64,000 nt of DNA from NCBI GenBank assembly GCA_038087875.1, contig CM075996.1, positions 3,536,001 through 3,600,000 of the forward strand, written 5' to 3'. Every line of letters starts with the position of its first letter. Position 1 is the stretch's first letter. Below are positions 1 to 11,460 of the stretch, in pieces. The notes under the pieces were generated by a model, which saw only the letters and a program-made list of their open reading frames with translations, was not told where the DNA came from and did not search any database. Source of the DNA: Malacoraja senta (taxonomy: Eukaryota). Position numbers and translations under genes: made by a program.

Positions 1-649
1 CGTCGCACTGTGTGTGACGTAGGAGAAATGGCATCGATGGGATAGTTCTTAGAGCTGGTATAGAATCAATGGGCTGAACGGTCTTCTTCCCTGTCATATG
101 GAAATATGCTCCATCCAAGACATTGGGGGAGGGAAGGCAGTATTGTTAGCTTTGTCTTTTGAGACGCAGCATTATAAATCAACAAAGTATGTTGTGAAAG
201 TGATCATTGCATGGTGTAGGAGGTGCTAAAATAAAAAGCTTGTGACTGAAGTTGCGGAAGAATTAACACTATTGAACAATATCAGCTGTGATTGGAAACC
301 CAGACCAGGATGAAGAATTATCAATGGAAGGGTTAAAAGTTGCAACTATCTTTCTTGTGATTGGAGATGAACAGATAATATATTAGAAACCGAAGGAAAA
401 GGCAGGCACTTATAAAGGTTTGAGATTCTCTCCAGACAAATGTAAACACTCAGCCTTTATATAGAGATATGTATTCAATTGAAGAAATGAAGAGCCAAGA
501 ACAGATTGATCACTATGTTAGGCTTTTGAAGTACCTTTCAGAGACTTATTACTGATACTAGATAGAGTCGTGTTTAGAATCAGAAGCAACCAACTCAGAG
601 AGAGTCAGAGCAAGGGGAACTAGACAGATCGAATGAAAGAAAGATAGAG

Positions 650-932
650 CATGTGTGACAGAGAGAAAGAGAGAGAGCAAAAGATGGAGTCAGTGAGTGA
701 GAGAGAATAACCGAGAGAAAGAAGGACAAAGAATGAATGAAAGAGAGGGAAACGAGAGAGAGAGAGGAAGTGGAAGATATGGAGGAGTGAGAAAGAGAGA
801 GAGGAAAACTGAGCTAGAGGCGAAAAGGGAGAGAGAAAGAGAGACTGAAAGGTTCAGAGGTGGGGATAGAGAGAAAGAAAAAAAGTGAGAGGAAGAGACA
901 AGAAATGTGTGTGAGAGAGAGAGAGAGAGGAA
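650..932. repeat. Purine-rich (GA)n-like low-complexity tract
   Basis: Runs of GAGA/GAAA; explains the E/R-rich ORF 697..888. Confidence 0.85.
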
Positions 933-1724
933 GACCTTGAATCTCAGAAATGCTGCATTACTTTAAATCTCTAAAATCGAATCGATGGTCAGGCTGAATT
1001 TTGGGACAGGTAGTGGCTTCTACTAACTAACTGAAGGTTCCACACTATAGATCGAGGTCAAGTATTTGAGGCCACGGGCCTGGAGGCAGCTCGTCAAGGA
1101 GGGAATTAAGATGTTCTGCTTTTCTGGAGCCAGCTGCGACTCCCTACAGTACGGAGTGGTACAGATTCCCACATGTACTCAGTAAAGCTGAGCCTGTTCC
1201 CTCTATTGGGTTCAATCAAATCTGTCAGTGTCCATTCAAAAACCACACACGTGTTTGGACTCTGCACTAGGTCTGTGACGGTTCTGAAAACAGTTGAACA
1301 TGAGGGCACGGGGAGGGTACTCGACTTTTCCAGACTGCTCTGCCAGTTAGGTGGCTTATTACCTTGGGTGACCTATTACCTTAGCTCTATTCCTGATTTA
1401 ACTAATTGTCCCTTGATATCCTCACCAATAAAATTCATCTTGTCCTTTAATGCTCCTTTTGTCCCATCATCGTCATCTTGATGGGTTAAATGGAGCTTTT
1501 GAGCCCCTGCTTATTTGTTCTCATATTCATCCACTTCATCATCTTGTAATATTAAAATATTAGCTGGCATTGGGGACCCCATGATGGTGCCAAAGTGTGA
1601 CACATATATCCCCTTGATTCTACTCTAAAGTCTTGGTTTTGCTTGCAGCTTTGTTTCCCACACTGTCTCGTAGAATTTATGTGTAATTTATGTATATAGG
1701 GATTGTTTATGTTTTTGAGTGTTA

Positions 1725-2114
1725 TAGACAACAGACAATAGACAATAGGTGCAGGAGTAGGCCATTCGGCCCTTCGAGCCAGCACCGCCATTCAATGTGA
1801 TCATGGCTGATCATCCCCAATCAGTACCCTGTTCCTGCCTTCTCCCCATATCCCCTGACTCCGCTGTTTTTAAGAGCCCTATCTAGCTCTCTCTTGAAAG
1901 CATCCAGAGAACCTGCCTCCACCGCCCTCTGAGGCAGAGAATTCCACAGACTCACCACTCTCTGTGAGAAAAAGTGTTTCCTCGTCTCCGTTCTAAATGG
2001 CTTACCCCTTATTCTTAAACTGTGTGGCCCCTGGTTCTGGACTCCCCCAACATCGGGAACATGTTTCCAGCCTCTAGCGTGTCCAAACCCTTAACAATCT
2101 TATATGTTTCAATG
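1725..2114 (-). mobile_element. CR1-clade LINE, 5'-truncated 3' fragment (young subfamily, (TATTGTC)n tail)
   Basis: Starts with GACAATA-type repeats; near-identical to copies at 7806, 15686, 19337 and 63028; encodes the end of ORF2 (FFSQRVVSLWNSLP...FKRELDRAL) on the minus strand. Confidence 0.9.
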
Positions 2115-2536
2115 TTGACTGAGTCTGAGTGTGTGTAACCACTGCTGCTGCGAGCAAGATTTTCATTGTACCTGTATCTCACCGTACTTCTGCATATGAC
2201 AATAAACTCGACTAAACTTGCTGTTCAATCGCATTATGACTGATACTTGACCTTATTTTCCTGATGGATTCATTTATTCCTTGACTATATATACTGACTA
2301 TATCCAGACATATATATGTCTGAGGAAAGGTCCCGACCCTAAACATTGCCTGTCCATTTCCCCCAGAGATGCTGCCTGATCCACTGAGTTCCTCCAGCAC
2401 TTTGTATTTTACCTGAATTTATCCAGTTGGGCAAACCAGATCTTGGGGGAGGTGGGGGTAGAGAATTCCAAAGATTTACACCTCTGAAGAAAGAAAGTTC
2501 ACCTCAACTCTATCCCAAATTCCCTCGTGACATATC

Positions 2537-2697
2537 AATAGACAATAGACAATAGACAATAGGTGCAGGAGTAGGCCATTTGGCCCCTCGAGCCAGCACC
2601 GCCATTCAATGTGATCATGGCTGATCATCCCCAATCAGTACCCCGTTCCTGCCTTCTCCCCACATCCCCTGACTCCGCTATTTATAAGAGCCCTATC
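2537..2697 (-). mobile_element. CR1 3' end fragment
   Basis: (GACAATA)n tail plus the same 3' UTR as the 1725 copy. Confidence 0.85.
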
Positions 2698-2811
2698 AGG
2701 TGGGAGTGAACAAATGTCTCTTTTCACGTTGGTTCCTTTGGACTGTGATCACCAAGGCCGAGATACTCTATCCCAATGCTGCCCAAAGTATATTCCCCAC
2801 CAAGCACAGGT

Positions 2812-2825
2812 GTTGCCATGGAGAC
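2812..2825. promoter_or_regulatory. RFX X-box motif GTTGCCATGGAGAC
   Basis: Near-perfect match to the palindromic RFX consensus GTTNCCATGGNAAC, in non-repeat sequence. Confidence 0.45.
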
Positions 2826-3444
2826 GCTATTTTATTAGAAAACCTTCCTCACGCACAAAGTAAGGAAAAATATACCACGTATGAACACTTAGTGACAGGC
2901 ACCCGACCACCGTTCAGTAGTCAAGGAATTAAAGCAATGATAATCATTATAAAATACTCCCCCCCCCCTTTTACTATTTGTCAGTTGTGTCTCCCACCTC
3001 TGTCAGATCTCCAAATCCTATCCCAGAGAGCTGAGCTCAAAAAGTGGCTGCCCATCGAAAAATAAAATGCAGATGCTGCAACACCTGGCAGTCGGGCAGT
3101 AAGTGGGGAGGGAGGAACAGAATCCGTTCTTCTCACTTCACAGATGCTGTCTGACCTGCTGTGCATTCTCAGTATTTCTCCCCTCTTTTTATTTAATCGT
3201 AGCTGGTATTTCAGGTCCATGTTCCAAGGGAATGTAGAACTTAGAACAGTCCAGGAACAGGCCCTTCGGCACACAATGTCTACGCTGCTGTTGATGCCAA
3301 GGTAAACTAATCATCTTTTTGGTGCCTTCCCTCACAGTGGAAAGTGTTGATTCTGCTGTTGGGGGGGACGTTCATGTCGAATCCTATAGTGTATTGTGTC
3401 TTTTTTATTAGAAAAAGACACAATACTTGACCTTGACCTGAAAG

Positions 3445-3773
3445 CCTGGCCACAAACTCTCTGAATCACTTCCCTCTGGAAGGCGACTCCGGACTGTCAA
3501 AGCTGCTACAGCCAGACATAAAAACAGTTTTTATCCACGAGTAGTTGCTCTACTCAACAGCCAAAAATCTGTAGCCTCCCTTTGATCTGGTATTTTGTTG
3601 GTTCACATGCTTGATCAATGGTGTTTTATCATTAATGTTTTATTATTATTAATGTTTAGTGTTTTCTGAGTCATTCGTAACTGTCACTGTATGTCATGTT
3701 GTTACTTGTGGGCGGAGCACCAAGGCAAATTCCTTGTATGTGAATACTTGGCCAATAAACATACTTACTTACT
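3445..3773 (+). mobile_element. Rex1/Babar-like LINE 3' fragment
   Basis: Translates PGHKLSESLPSGRRLRTVKAATARHKNSFYPRVVALLN (the LPSGRR...NSF.P C-terminal signature); AATAAA followed by a (TTAC)n tail; same 3' end recurs at ~31510-31625. Confidence 0.75.
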
Positions 3774-3805
3774 TTTTTCTTCTTATTTATTTTATATGGA
3801 TGTAT

Positions 3806-5515
3806 AAGTCTTCCCCCTTATCCTTAAACTGTGACCCCTTGTTTCATCTCTGGCCTTTGTTCAACCATCTGCCAAGCAAAACCCCCTCACCTGTATCCAC
3901 CTATCAGTATAGACACAAAAAGCTGGAGTAACTCAGCGGGTCAGACTGCATCACTGGAGGAAAGGAATAGTCTTCAGAGTCTGAAGAAGGGTCTCCACCC
4001 CAAAACGTCACCTATTCCTTTTCTCCAGAGATGCTGTCTGACCCGCTGAGTTACTCCAGCTTTTTGACTCTATCTTCGGTTTAAACCAGCATCTGCAGTT
4101 CCTTCCGACACACTCCACCTATCACTTGCCAGGCTTTCAGGACATCGCAAGTCATAATTCAGACCACGCGTTACTTTCAAATTGCAGTCACTGTAGCATC
4201 ATAAAGTGCATCAGCCAATGTGCACACTGAAAGATCCCTAAAATAGCTGTGCAATAATAACCAGGAAATGGCCTGATTGATAAATAAATGGTACCCAGGA
4301 TTCTGGGGAGAATCTCCTTTTGTCTTTAGGTGGTGCCATAGGATTTTTCAAGTCCATCCCACCCAAGAGAGAAGATGGTCCTTGTTCGGGCTTTTCATCT
4401 GACAGCTGTCTCTCTGGGCTGCTGCATTCCAAGATTTGAGGGCAAACTTAGATTGTTTTCTCAAATTTGGATTTTTTTTCTCTGTAAAGCACTTTGGCTT
4501 CAACATGATTTGATTTAAAAGTGCTATATTAATAAAAATTACTTACTACTTACTTACTTGCTATCTCTGCCTGCACGTGATCCATATCACTCTATACCTT
4601 GCCCATCCATGCGCCTATCTAAAAGCCTCATAAACGTCACTATCCTATATGCCTCTACCACCATCCCTGGCTGCACGCTCCGGGCAACTTATTCAGAGGG
4701 TGAGCTTTTTTTCACCCTCTGCGTAAAAAACTTGCCCTGCATTCAACTTTGCCCTGCTCTCCTTAGAAGGTTTTCTCTGTCTACCCTATTTAGCTCTCTC
4801 ATAATATTATACATTTCTATTTAGTGCCCGGCATTCAAGAGAAAAAAAATCCAAATTTGAGAAAACAATCTAAGTTTGCCCTCAAATCTTGGAACGCAGC
4901 AGCCCAGAGAGACAGCTGTCAGATGAAAAGCCCGAACAAGGACCATCTTCTCTCTCGGGTGGGATGGACTTGAAAAATCCTATGGCACCACCTAAAGACA
5001 AAGGGAGATTCTCCCCAGAATCCTGGGTACCATTTATTTATCAATCAGGCCATTTCCTGGTTATTATTGCACAGCTATTTTAGGGATCTTTCAGTGTGCA
5101 CATTGGCTGATGCACTTTATGATGCTACAGTGACTGCAATTTGAAAGTAACGCGTTGTCTGAATTATGACTTGCGATGTCCTGAAAGCCTGGCAAGTGAT
5201 AGGTGGAGTGTGTCGGAAGGAACTGCAGATGCTGGTTTAAACTGAAGATAGACTCAAAAAGCTGGAGTAACTCAGCGGGTCAGACAGCATCTCTGGAGAA
5301 AAGGAATAGGTGACGTTTTGGGGTGGAGACCCTTCTTCAGACTCTGAAGACTATTCCTTTCCTCCAGTGATGCAGTCTGACCCGCTGAGTTACTCCAGCT
5401 TTTTGTGTCTATACTGATAGGTGGATACAGGTGAGGCGGTTTTGCTTGGCAGATGGTTGAACAAAGGCCAGAGATGAAACAAGGGGTCACAGTTTAACGA
5501 TAAGGGGGAAGACTT
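3806..5515. repeat. Long inverted duplication: arms 3806-4483 and 4838-5515 (678 bp each), 354 bp spacer
   Basis: Arms are reverse complements with only a few substitutions; mirrored ORFs 3831+/5272- and 4238-/4889+ are near-identical. Confidence 0.95.
4889..5187 (+). mobile_element. Ancient Deu-domain SINE remnant (SacSINE1/AmnSINE1-like); mirrored at ~4135-4432 on minus
   Basis: Resembles the Deu domain as I recall it (cagatgaaa..., aaaatcctatggcacca, tgtgcacattggctg, tacagtgactgcaatttgaaagta). Confidence 0.6.
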
Positions 5516-5787
5516 TTAGGACCGAGATGAGAATTTTTTTTCCCACACAGAGAGTGGTGAATCTGTGGAATTCTCTGCCACAGAAAGTAGTTGAGGCCAG
5601 TTCATTGGCTATATTTAAGAGGGAGTTAGATGTGGCCCTTGTGGCTAAAGGGATCAGGGGGTATGGGGAGAAGGCAGGTACAGGATAGTGAGTTGGATGA
5701 TCAGCCATGATCATATTGAATGGCGGTGCAGGCTCGAAGGGCCGAATGGCCTACTCCTGCACCTATTTTCTATGTTTCTATGTTTCT
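5481..5787 (+). mobile_element. CR1 3' fragment, second subfamily with (TATGTTTC)n tail
   Basis: GGGGTCACAGTTT...GAATTCTCTGCCACAG...TTTAAGAGGGAGTTAGA; tail TTTCTATGTTTCTATGTTTCTA; interrupts a PLE 3' UTR. Confidence 0.85.
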
Positions 5788-5895
5788 AAAAGACAAAAGG
5801 TAATGAGATGAGGAGTTAGGACAGAAAAGGTGTGAAATGTTATGGCAGAAGAAGAAATATAGCAGGAAGGGTATGAGGGAAGGAGAAAGGGAGAA

Positions 5896-6107
5896 ATAGA
5901 CAATAGACAATAGACAATAGGTGCAGGAGTAGGCCATTCAGCCCTTTGAGCCAGCACCGCCATTCAATGTGATCATGGCTGATCATCCCCAATCAGTACC
6001 CTGTTCCTGCCTTCTCCTGACTCCACTATTTTTATGAGCCCTATCTAGCTCTCTCTTGAAAGCATCCAGAGAACCTGCCTCCACCTCCCTCTGAGGCAGA
6101 GAATTCA
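5896..6107 (-). mobile_element. CR1 3' fragment
   Basis: (GACAATA)n tail and shared 3' UTR. Confidence 0.85.
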
Positions 6108-6211
6108 ACATGGGTGAAAATCCAGGTGGGGCATGGTGAAGAGAGAGGGAAAATGTGTGTGTGTGTGTGGGGGGTGGGGGGGGGGCAGGGGCAGGGTGGG
6201 GGTTGATTGCA

Positions 6212-6525
6212 GGTTAGCTGCCTAAAATTGGAGGATTCAATGACCATACAGTTGAGTAGTAAATTACCCAAGTGAGATATGAGGTGTTATTCCTCCAGTT
6301 TGCGTATGGCCTCACACTAGCATTGGAGGAGGCCCAGGACAGAAAGGGCAGTATGGGAATGGAAGGGGAAATCAGGCAGGCCTTGGTGGATTGAGCCTAA
6401 GTGTTTTGTGAAGAGGTTGCCTAGTCTACGCTTGGCCAGACCGATGTAAAGGAGGCCACATTGGGAGAACCAAATGCAGTAGATGAGATTAGAGGAGGTC
6501 CATGTGAACCTTTGTCTCACCAGGA
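6212..6525 (-). pseudogene. Penelope-like element GIY-YIG endonuclease remnant
   Basis: ORF 6317..6748 contains SSNLIYCIWFSQCGLLYIGLAKRRLGNLFTKH...HSHTALSVLGLLQC, the IYCI...C..LYIG GIY-YIG signature of PLEs. Confidence 0.85.
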
Positions 6526-6798
6526 AGGGCTGCTGGACTATTCCCCACCTCTGTTCCAGGTTTCTATCCATTACTACAATCAGTCTGATGAAGGGTCCCC
6601 ACCTGAAACGTTGCATTCCTATGTTCTCCAGTATTGCTGCCTGACCCACTGAGTTCTCCAGCATTTTATGTATTTTATTTATTAATAGAACAAAGTCTGA
6701 CAAAGATAGACACAAAAAGCCAGAGTAACTCAGCGGGTCAGACCACATCTCATGAGGAAAGGAATTGGTGATGTTTCCGGCAAGGGCCCTTCTTCAGT

Positions 6799-6826
6799 CT
6801 GAAGAAGGGTCTAGACCCGAAACGTC
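6799..6826 (+). ncRNA. Minimal type I hammerhead-ribozyme-like motif (PLE-associated)
   Basis: CTGAAGA-A-GGGT-CTAG-ACCC-GAAA-CG-TC: CUGANGA and GAAA boxes, 4 bp helix II, palindromic ACGU at helix III, GUC cleavage triplet; helix I is weak. Confidence 0.65.
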
Positions 6827-6870
6827 ACCTATTCCTTTTCTCCATAGATGCTGTTTGACCTGCTGAGTTA

Positions 6871-7187
6871 AGGGCCTGTCCCACTGTACGAGCTAATTCA
6901 AGAGCTCTCCCGAGTTAAAAAAAAAATCTAACTCGCGGTAAGCACGTAGAAGGTACGTAGCGAGTACTTCGGAGCTCGGGACGTCTCTAAGCGGCTCGTA
7001 ACGCTAACGGCAGGTACTCGGGAAACGCGGAAAACTCGAGAAGACTCGTGAAGATTTTTCAACATGTTGAAAAATGTCCACGAGAGCCCCGAGTACCTAC
7101 GAGCGGCTATTACCGTAATTCTCCGAGTTCGAATTAGGGGAAACTCGGGAGAACTCTTGAATTAGCTCGTACAGTGGGACAGCCCCA
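6871..7187. mobile_element. Non-autonomous DNA transposon (MITE), PIF/Harbinger-like
   Basis: TIRs AGGGCCTGTCCCACTGTACGAGCTAATTCAAGAG / CTCTTGAATTAGCTCGTACAGTGGGACAGCCCCA; TTA TSD (6868-6870, 7188-7190); no coding capacity. Confidence 0.85.
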
Positions 7188-7805
7188 TTAGTCCAGCTTT
7201 TTGTGTCTATCTTCCGTTTAAACCAGCATCTGCATTTCCTTCCTACACAAAGTCTGACAAAGTTTCTTTGAGCTGAAACATTAATTCTTTTTCTCTGACC
7301 ATGGATGCTGCCTAACTTGCTGAGAGTTTCCAGCATTTTCTGCATTGATTTTACTCTGGGAATGAGGAATGAGTTCACATGATCAACAATGATGTTTATT
7401 GCTCATTGGTGTTTACTGATCAGAAGTACGATCGGCTGCATCTGAATTGCCACAGGCAACAAAAGGCAAAAGTACTGGGCAGTTCCACTCCACACCAGTA
7501 TAAACAAAGTACGGGACAAACTCAGCAGGTCAGGCAGTATCTTTGGAGGGAAATGGACAGATGACATTTTAGGATCAGGACCCTTTTTCAGACGTATGGA
7601 GTAGATGGAAGTGTGGAGGGAAATGGTGCTGCCTGGCCCACTGAGTCCCAACAGCTGCAGTCTCTTGGGTCTCATAATACCATGCTGTTGCAATCTCTTG
7701 GGGCAGGTTGCCTTTTCAATACTGGTGGATATGGTATCATGCTGTTCTCTGTCCTTTGGAGAATGGCAGGGCGTGAACTATCAACTTGAAGCAGAGGCTA
7801 GAGTT

Positions 7806-8496
7806 GACAATAGACAATAGACAATAGACAATAGGTGCAGGAGTAGGCCATTCGGCCCTTCGAGCCAGCACCGCCATTCAATGTGATCATGGCTGATCAT
7901 CCCCAATCAGTACCCCGTTCCTGCCTTCTCCCCATATCCCCTGACTCCGCTATTTTTAAGAGCCCTATCTAGCTCTCTCTTGAAAGCATCCAGAGAACCT
8001 GCCTCCACCGCCCTCTGAGGCAGAGAATTCCACACTCACCACTCTCTGTGAGAAAAAGTGTTTCCTCATCTCCGTTCTAAATGGCTTACTCCTTATTCTT
8101 AAACTGTGGCCCCTGGTTCTGGACTCCCCCAACATTGGGAACATGTTTCCTGCCTCTAGCGTGTCCAAACCCTTAACAATCTTATATGTTTCAATGAGAT
8201 CCCATCTCATCCTTTTAAACTCCAGAGTGTACAAGCCCAGCTGCTCCATTCTCTCAGCATATGACAGTCGCGCCATCCTGGGAATTAACCTTGTAAACCA
8301 ACATTGCACTCCCTCAATAGCAAGAATGTCCTTCCTTAAATTTGGTGACCAAAACTGTACATAATACTCCAGGTGTGGTCTCACTAGGGCTCTGTACAAC
8401 TGCAGAAGGACCTCTTTGCTCCTATACTCGATTCCTCTTGTTATAAAGGCCAACATGCCATTCACTTTCTTCACTGCCTGCTGTACCTGCATGCTA
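7806..8496 (-). mobile_element. CR1 LINE 3' ~690 bp including ORF2 C-terminus
   Basis: ORF 7965..8609 contains VLLQLYRALVRPHLEYYVQFWSP...ERMEQLGLYTLE...DLIETYKI...SRTRGHSLRI, the classic CR1 ORF2 end. Confidence 0.93.
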
Positions 8497-8839
8497 ATGA
8501 CACAATGAAGAAAGGGCTCAAACTCCTCAAGGGTCAGATAATCATGGCATGGTTGTTTCCAAAAACTACAAGATTCAAGCACTTTGGGAAGAACTGTTGG
8601 CAAGGACATTTTAGAAGTGTGAAAAATATTTTATATGCTTTTCTCTTAAGGAAGGTAAATGTGAGAGCATTGTATAATGAGTTGGTACCTGGGGACCATT
8701 ATGTACCATTGGAGGAGTAGTGTTAAAGTAGGCCAGAGGGCATAATTAATTTAAGACAGACAGATAGAATCAGGCGAGATATGAAGTTGTAGGTTCTGAA
8801 GGTTTAAGTAGAAAAGAAAGGTAGACGAGAACAAGTTGC

Positions 8840-8976
8840 ACATCAGGTAGAGCTACTGCCTCACAGTGCCAGAAATCTGGGTTCAATCCTGACCTTGGGT
8901 GCTGTCTGTGTGGAGTTTGCATGTTCTCCCTGTATCCATGTGGGTTTCCTCTGGGTGCTTCGGTTTTCTCCCACAA
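8840..8976 (+). mobile_element. V-SINE (HE1-like) 5' part
   Basis: tRNA-like head with B box GGTTCAATCC and V-domain TGTGTGGAGTTTGCATGTTCTCCC...GGGTTTCCTC. Confidence 0.75.
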
Positions 8977-8979
8977 AAG

Positions 8980-9357
8980 GTCATAAGTGATAGGAGCAGA
9001 ATTAGGCCATTCGGCACATCAAGTCTACTTTGCCATTCAATTATGGCTGATCTATCTCTCCCTCCTAACCCCATTCTCCAGCCTTCACCCCATAACCCCT
9101 GACACCCGTACTAATAAGAATCTACAATCTCTGCCTTAAAACTACTCATTAACTTGGCCTCGGCAGCCTTCTGTGGCAAAGGATTCTACAGATTCAACAC
9201 CCTCTGACTAAAGAAATTCCTCCTCAGCTCCTTCCTCAAGGAACGCCCTTTAATTCTGAGGCAATGACCTCTGGTCCTAGGCTCTCCAACTAGTGGAAAC
9301 ATCCAATCCACATCCACTCTTTCCAAGCCTTTCACTATTCAGTAAGTTTCAATGGGG
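8980..9357 (-). mobile_element. CR1 3' fragment, third subfamily ((TTATGA)-type tail)
   Basis: Shared 3' UTR with copies at 9625-9792(+), 21420-21600(-), 23977-24372(+) and 49115-49631(-). Confidence 0.8.
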
Positions 9358-9525
9358 TCCTCCCTCATTGTTTGGTGGTTAATTGGCTTTGGTAAATTGA
9401 CATGAGTGTGTATGGAAACATGTGACAGTGGGGATTCATAGAATTAGTGTGAATGGGTGATTGATGGTCAGAGTGGACTTGATCGGCAGAGTGGCAGAGT
9501 GGCTGTTTCCATGCTGTATCTTTCA

Positions 9526-9571
9526 TTAATCGATCGATCAATCGATCAATCAATCAATCAATCGATCAATA

Positions 9572-9609
<38 letters not shown>
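9526..9609. repeat. (ATCA)n microsatellite
   Basis: Tandem AATC/GATC units. Confidence 0.9.
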
Positions 9610-9969
9610 CTAAAGAGAAGTCAATATATAATCCATTTTTGATTATTAACGGTGCTTGGGGCTATGGGGAGAAGGTTGGAGAATGGGTTTGAGAGGGAAA
9701 GAAAGATCAGCTATGATTGAATGGTGGAGTAGACTTCATGGGCCAACGGGCCTAATTCTGCTCCGAGATTTTATGAACATATGAACTTATGACTTGTTTC
9801 CACTGGTTATTTTGACTCACAACTATTCATAGAATCCTCAGTCTGTTAGGTGGTTATATCGGCTCAAAGGAGGAACTCTGGCTTCTGGGTCTCTTGTGTG
9901 CCCAATCTCCTAAACCCCACAACCCCAGCAGATGCTACTGGGCAGCCCCTGGGAGGAAGGGCAGGGAGA

Positions 9970-10240
9970 GGGAGGGAGTGGTGAAGAGGTGCTGCTTTTC
10001 AGTTGCGATGTTAAACTGAGGATCTGTCTGCCCTCTCACTTGCCCGCAAAACATCTCTTCATACCATAGAAAGAAAAGTAATGGAGCTTTTCATAAGTTC
10101 ATTAGACTTTCTTAATGCACTGGTCAATATAAATTTCCTAAGCAACACCCATAAGATGCGCTCTGCGGTGTCTGAGACCTTACTGAATGAAAAGTACTTG
10201 CCACGGCTCCTACATTACAGCAGTGACTACAGGCATTTTG
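9970..10240 (+). mobile_element. Ancient Deu-domain SINE remnant
   Basis: gagggagtg...gatgttaaactgaggatctgtctgccctctca...cctacattacagcagtgactaca resembles the Deu domain. Confidence 0.55.
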
Positions 10241-10689
10241 GAGAATTGCAAAAGGGGTTATGATAATCCATATTTGCAAAGATTTGCTTCAGCTTTACAT
10301 TTAAGTGTAGAATGCCGTGTGATAGAGCTTGGTGGCATGCGGGCTGATCAAAGCTGTGCGATAAATCTCTCAGTCTGATTACAGGATCTATCAGATGAAT
10401 CAATAGCCAACACTTACAGCAAAGATCAGAAAGACACAGCAGAATCAAGGTCCAGGGCTCACTGTGAAGCCATAAGGGATTGTCCACACTGAGAATAGTT
10501 GGAGGATGAGTCTTTGGAACTCTCCCCTCGCAGGGCTTTGACTATTTTAAAAGCAGATACTTGAAGATCAAAGTGATGCAAGATTCCTGGGGGCTGGAGT
10601 GAATGTGGAGTAGATATAATGGTCAGATCAGCCATCATCGTATTAGATCGCAAGTAACACTAAGGGATCTAGTAGCCTATCCCAACTGC

Positions 10690-11460
10690 TCATTTGTATG
10701 TCGGTATATTTGTGCATTGAAATGTGTGTGCATTGGAATGTGTGTTGGTATGTTTGTTCATAGGAATGTCTGCACTGGTGTGTTTCTGTTGGTATGTTTG
10801 TGTGTTGGAATGTCGGTGTTATGGAATGCCTGTATATTGGGATGTCTGTGTGTTGGTATCTGCTCCTACGTGGAAATGTGTGTGTGTGTGTGTGTGTGTG
10901 TGGCATGTTTATGTTCATATGTTTGTAACTAAGAATAACTGTGTTGGTATGTTTGTGTCTAGGAATGTCCGTGTGATGGAATGTTGCATGTTGGAATCTT
11001 TGTGTCCGTATATTTGTGTGTAGGAATGAGCTTGGGAGTTGGAATTTTGGTGTTAACATGTCAATGTGTTGTTACGTGTTTGTGTGTCAGAATGTCTGTG
11101 TTAGTTTTATTTATGTGGCGATATGTTTGTGTATAGGAATGTCTAGGATATGTTTGTGTATAGGAATGAGCTAGGTAAGGCTCTTAAAAATAGCGGAGTC
11201 AGGGGATATGGGGAGAAGGCAGGAACGGGGTACTGATTGGGGATGATCAGCCATGATCACATTGAATGACCTACTCCTGCACCTATTGTCTGTTGTCTGT
11301 AGATTGGAAAATCAATGTATTGGAAAGTCTGAGCTAGAATGTATGTGTGTTTGGTTTATTTATGTGTTGATATGTTTGTGTGTAGAAATGTCTGTATGTA
11401 TGAATGTATCTGTGTTGGTGTGTTTGTGTGTTTGAATGTGTGTGTGTGTTACTTTTATCT
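10690..11460. repeat. Degenerate TG-rich minisatellite (GTGTGTTGG(A/T)ATGT-like units) with a CR1 tail inserted at ~11164-11300
   Basis: Repeated TGTGTTGGTATGTTTG / GGAATGTCTG units. Confidence 0.8.

Larger units (their letters stand above)
6706..7246. mobile_element. Palindromic PLE-derived short insertion with two opposed hammerhead-like cores, interrupted by a MITE
   Basis: 16 bp TSD ACAAAGTCTGACAAAG (6690-6705, 7247-7262); fold-back axis at 6798. Confidence 0.85.

Noticed and set aside
1100..1550. Possible minus-strand exon (acidic LQDDEVDEYENK stretch)
   Set aside because: Interrupted by stops, with no recognisable homology or clear splice pair.
7965..8609. 214 aa ORF as a host gene
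   Set aside because: It is the C-terminus of CR1 ORF2, 5'-truncated, with flanking sequence read in frame.
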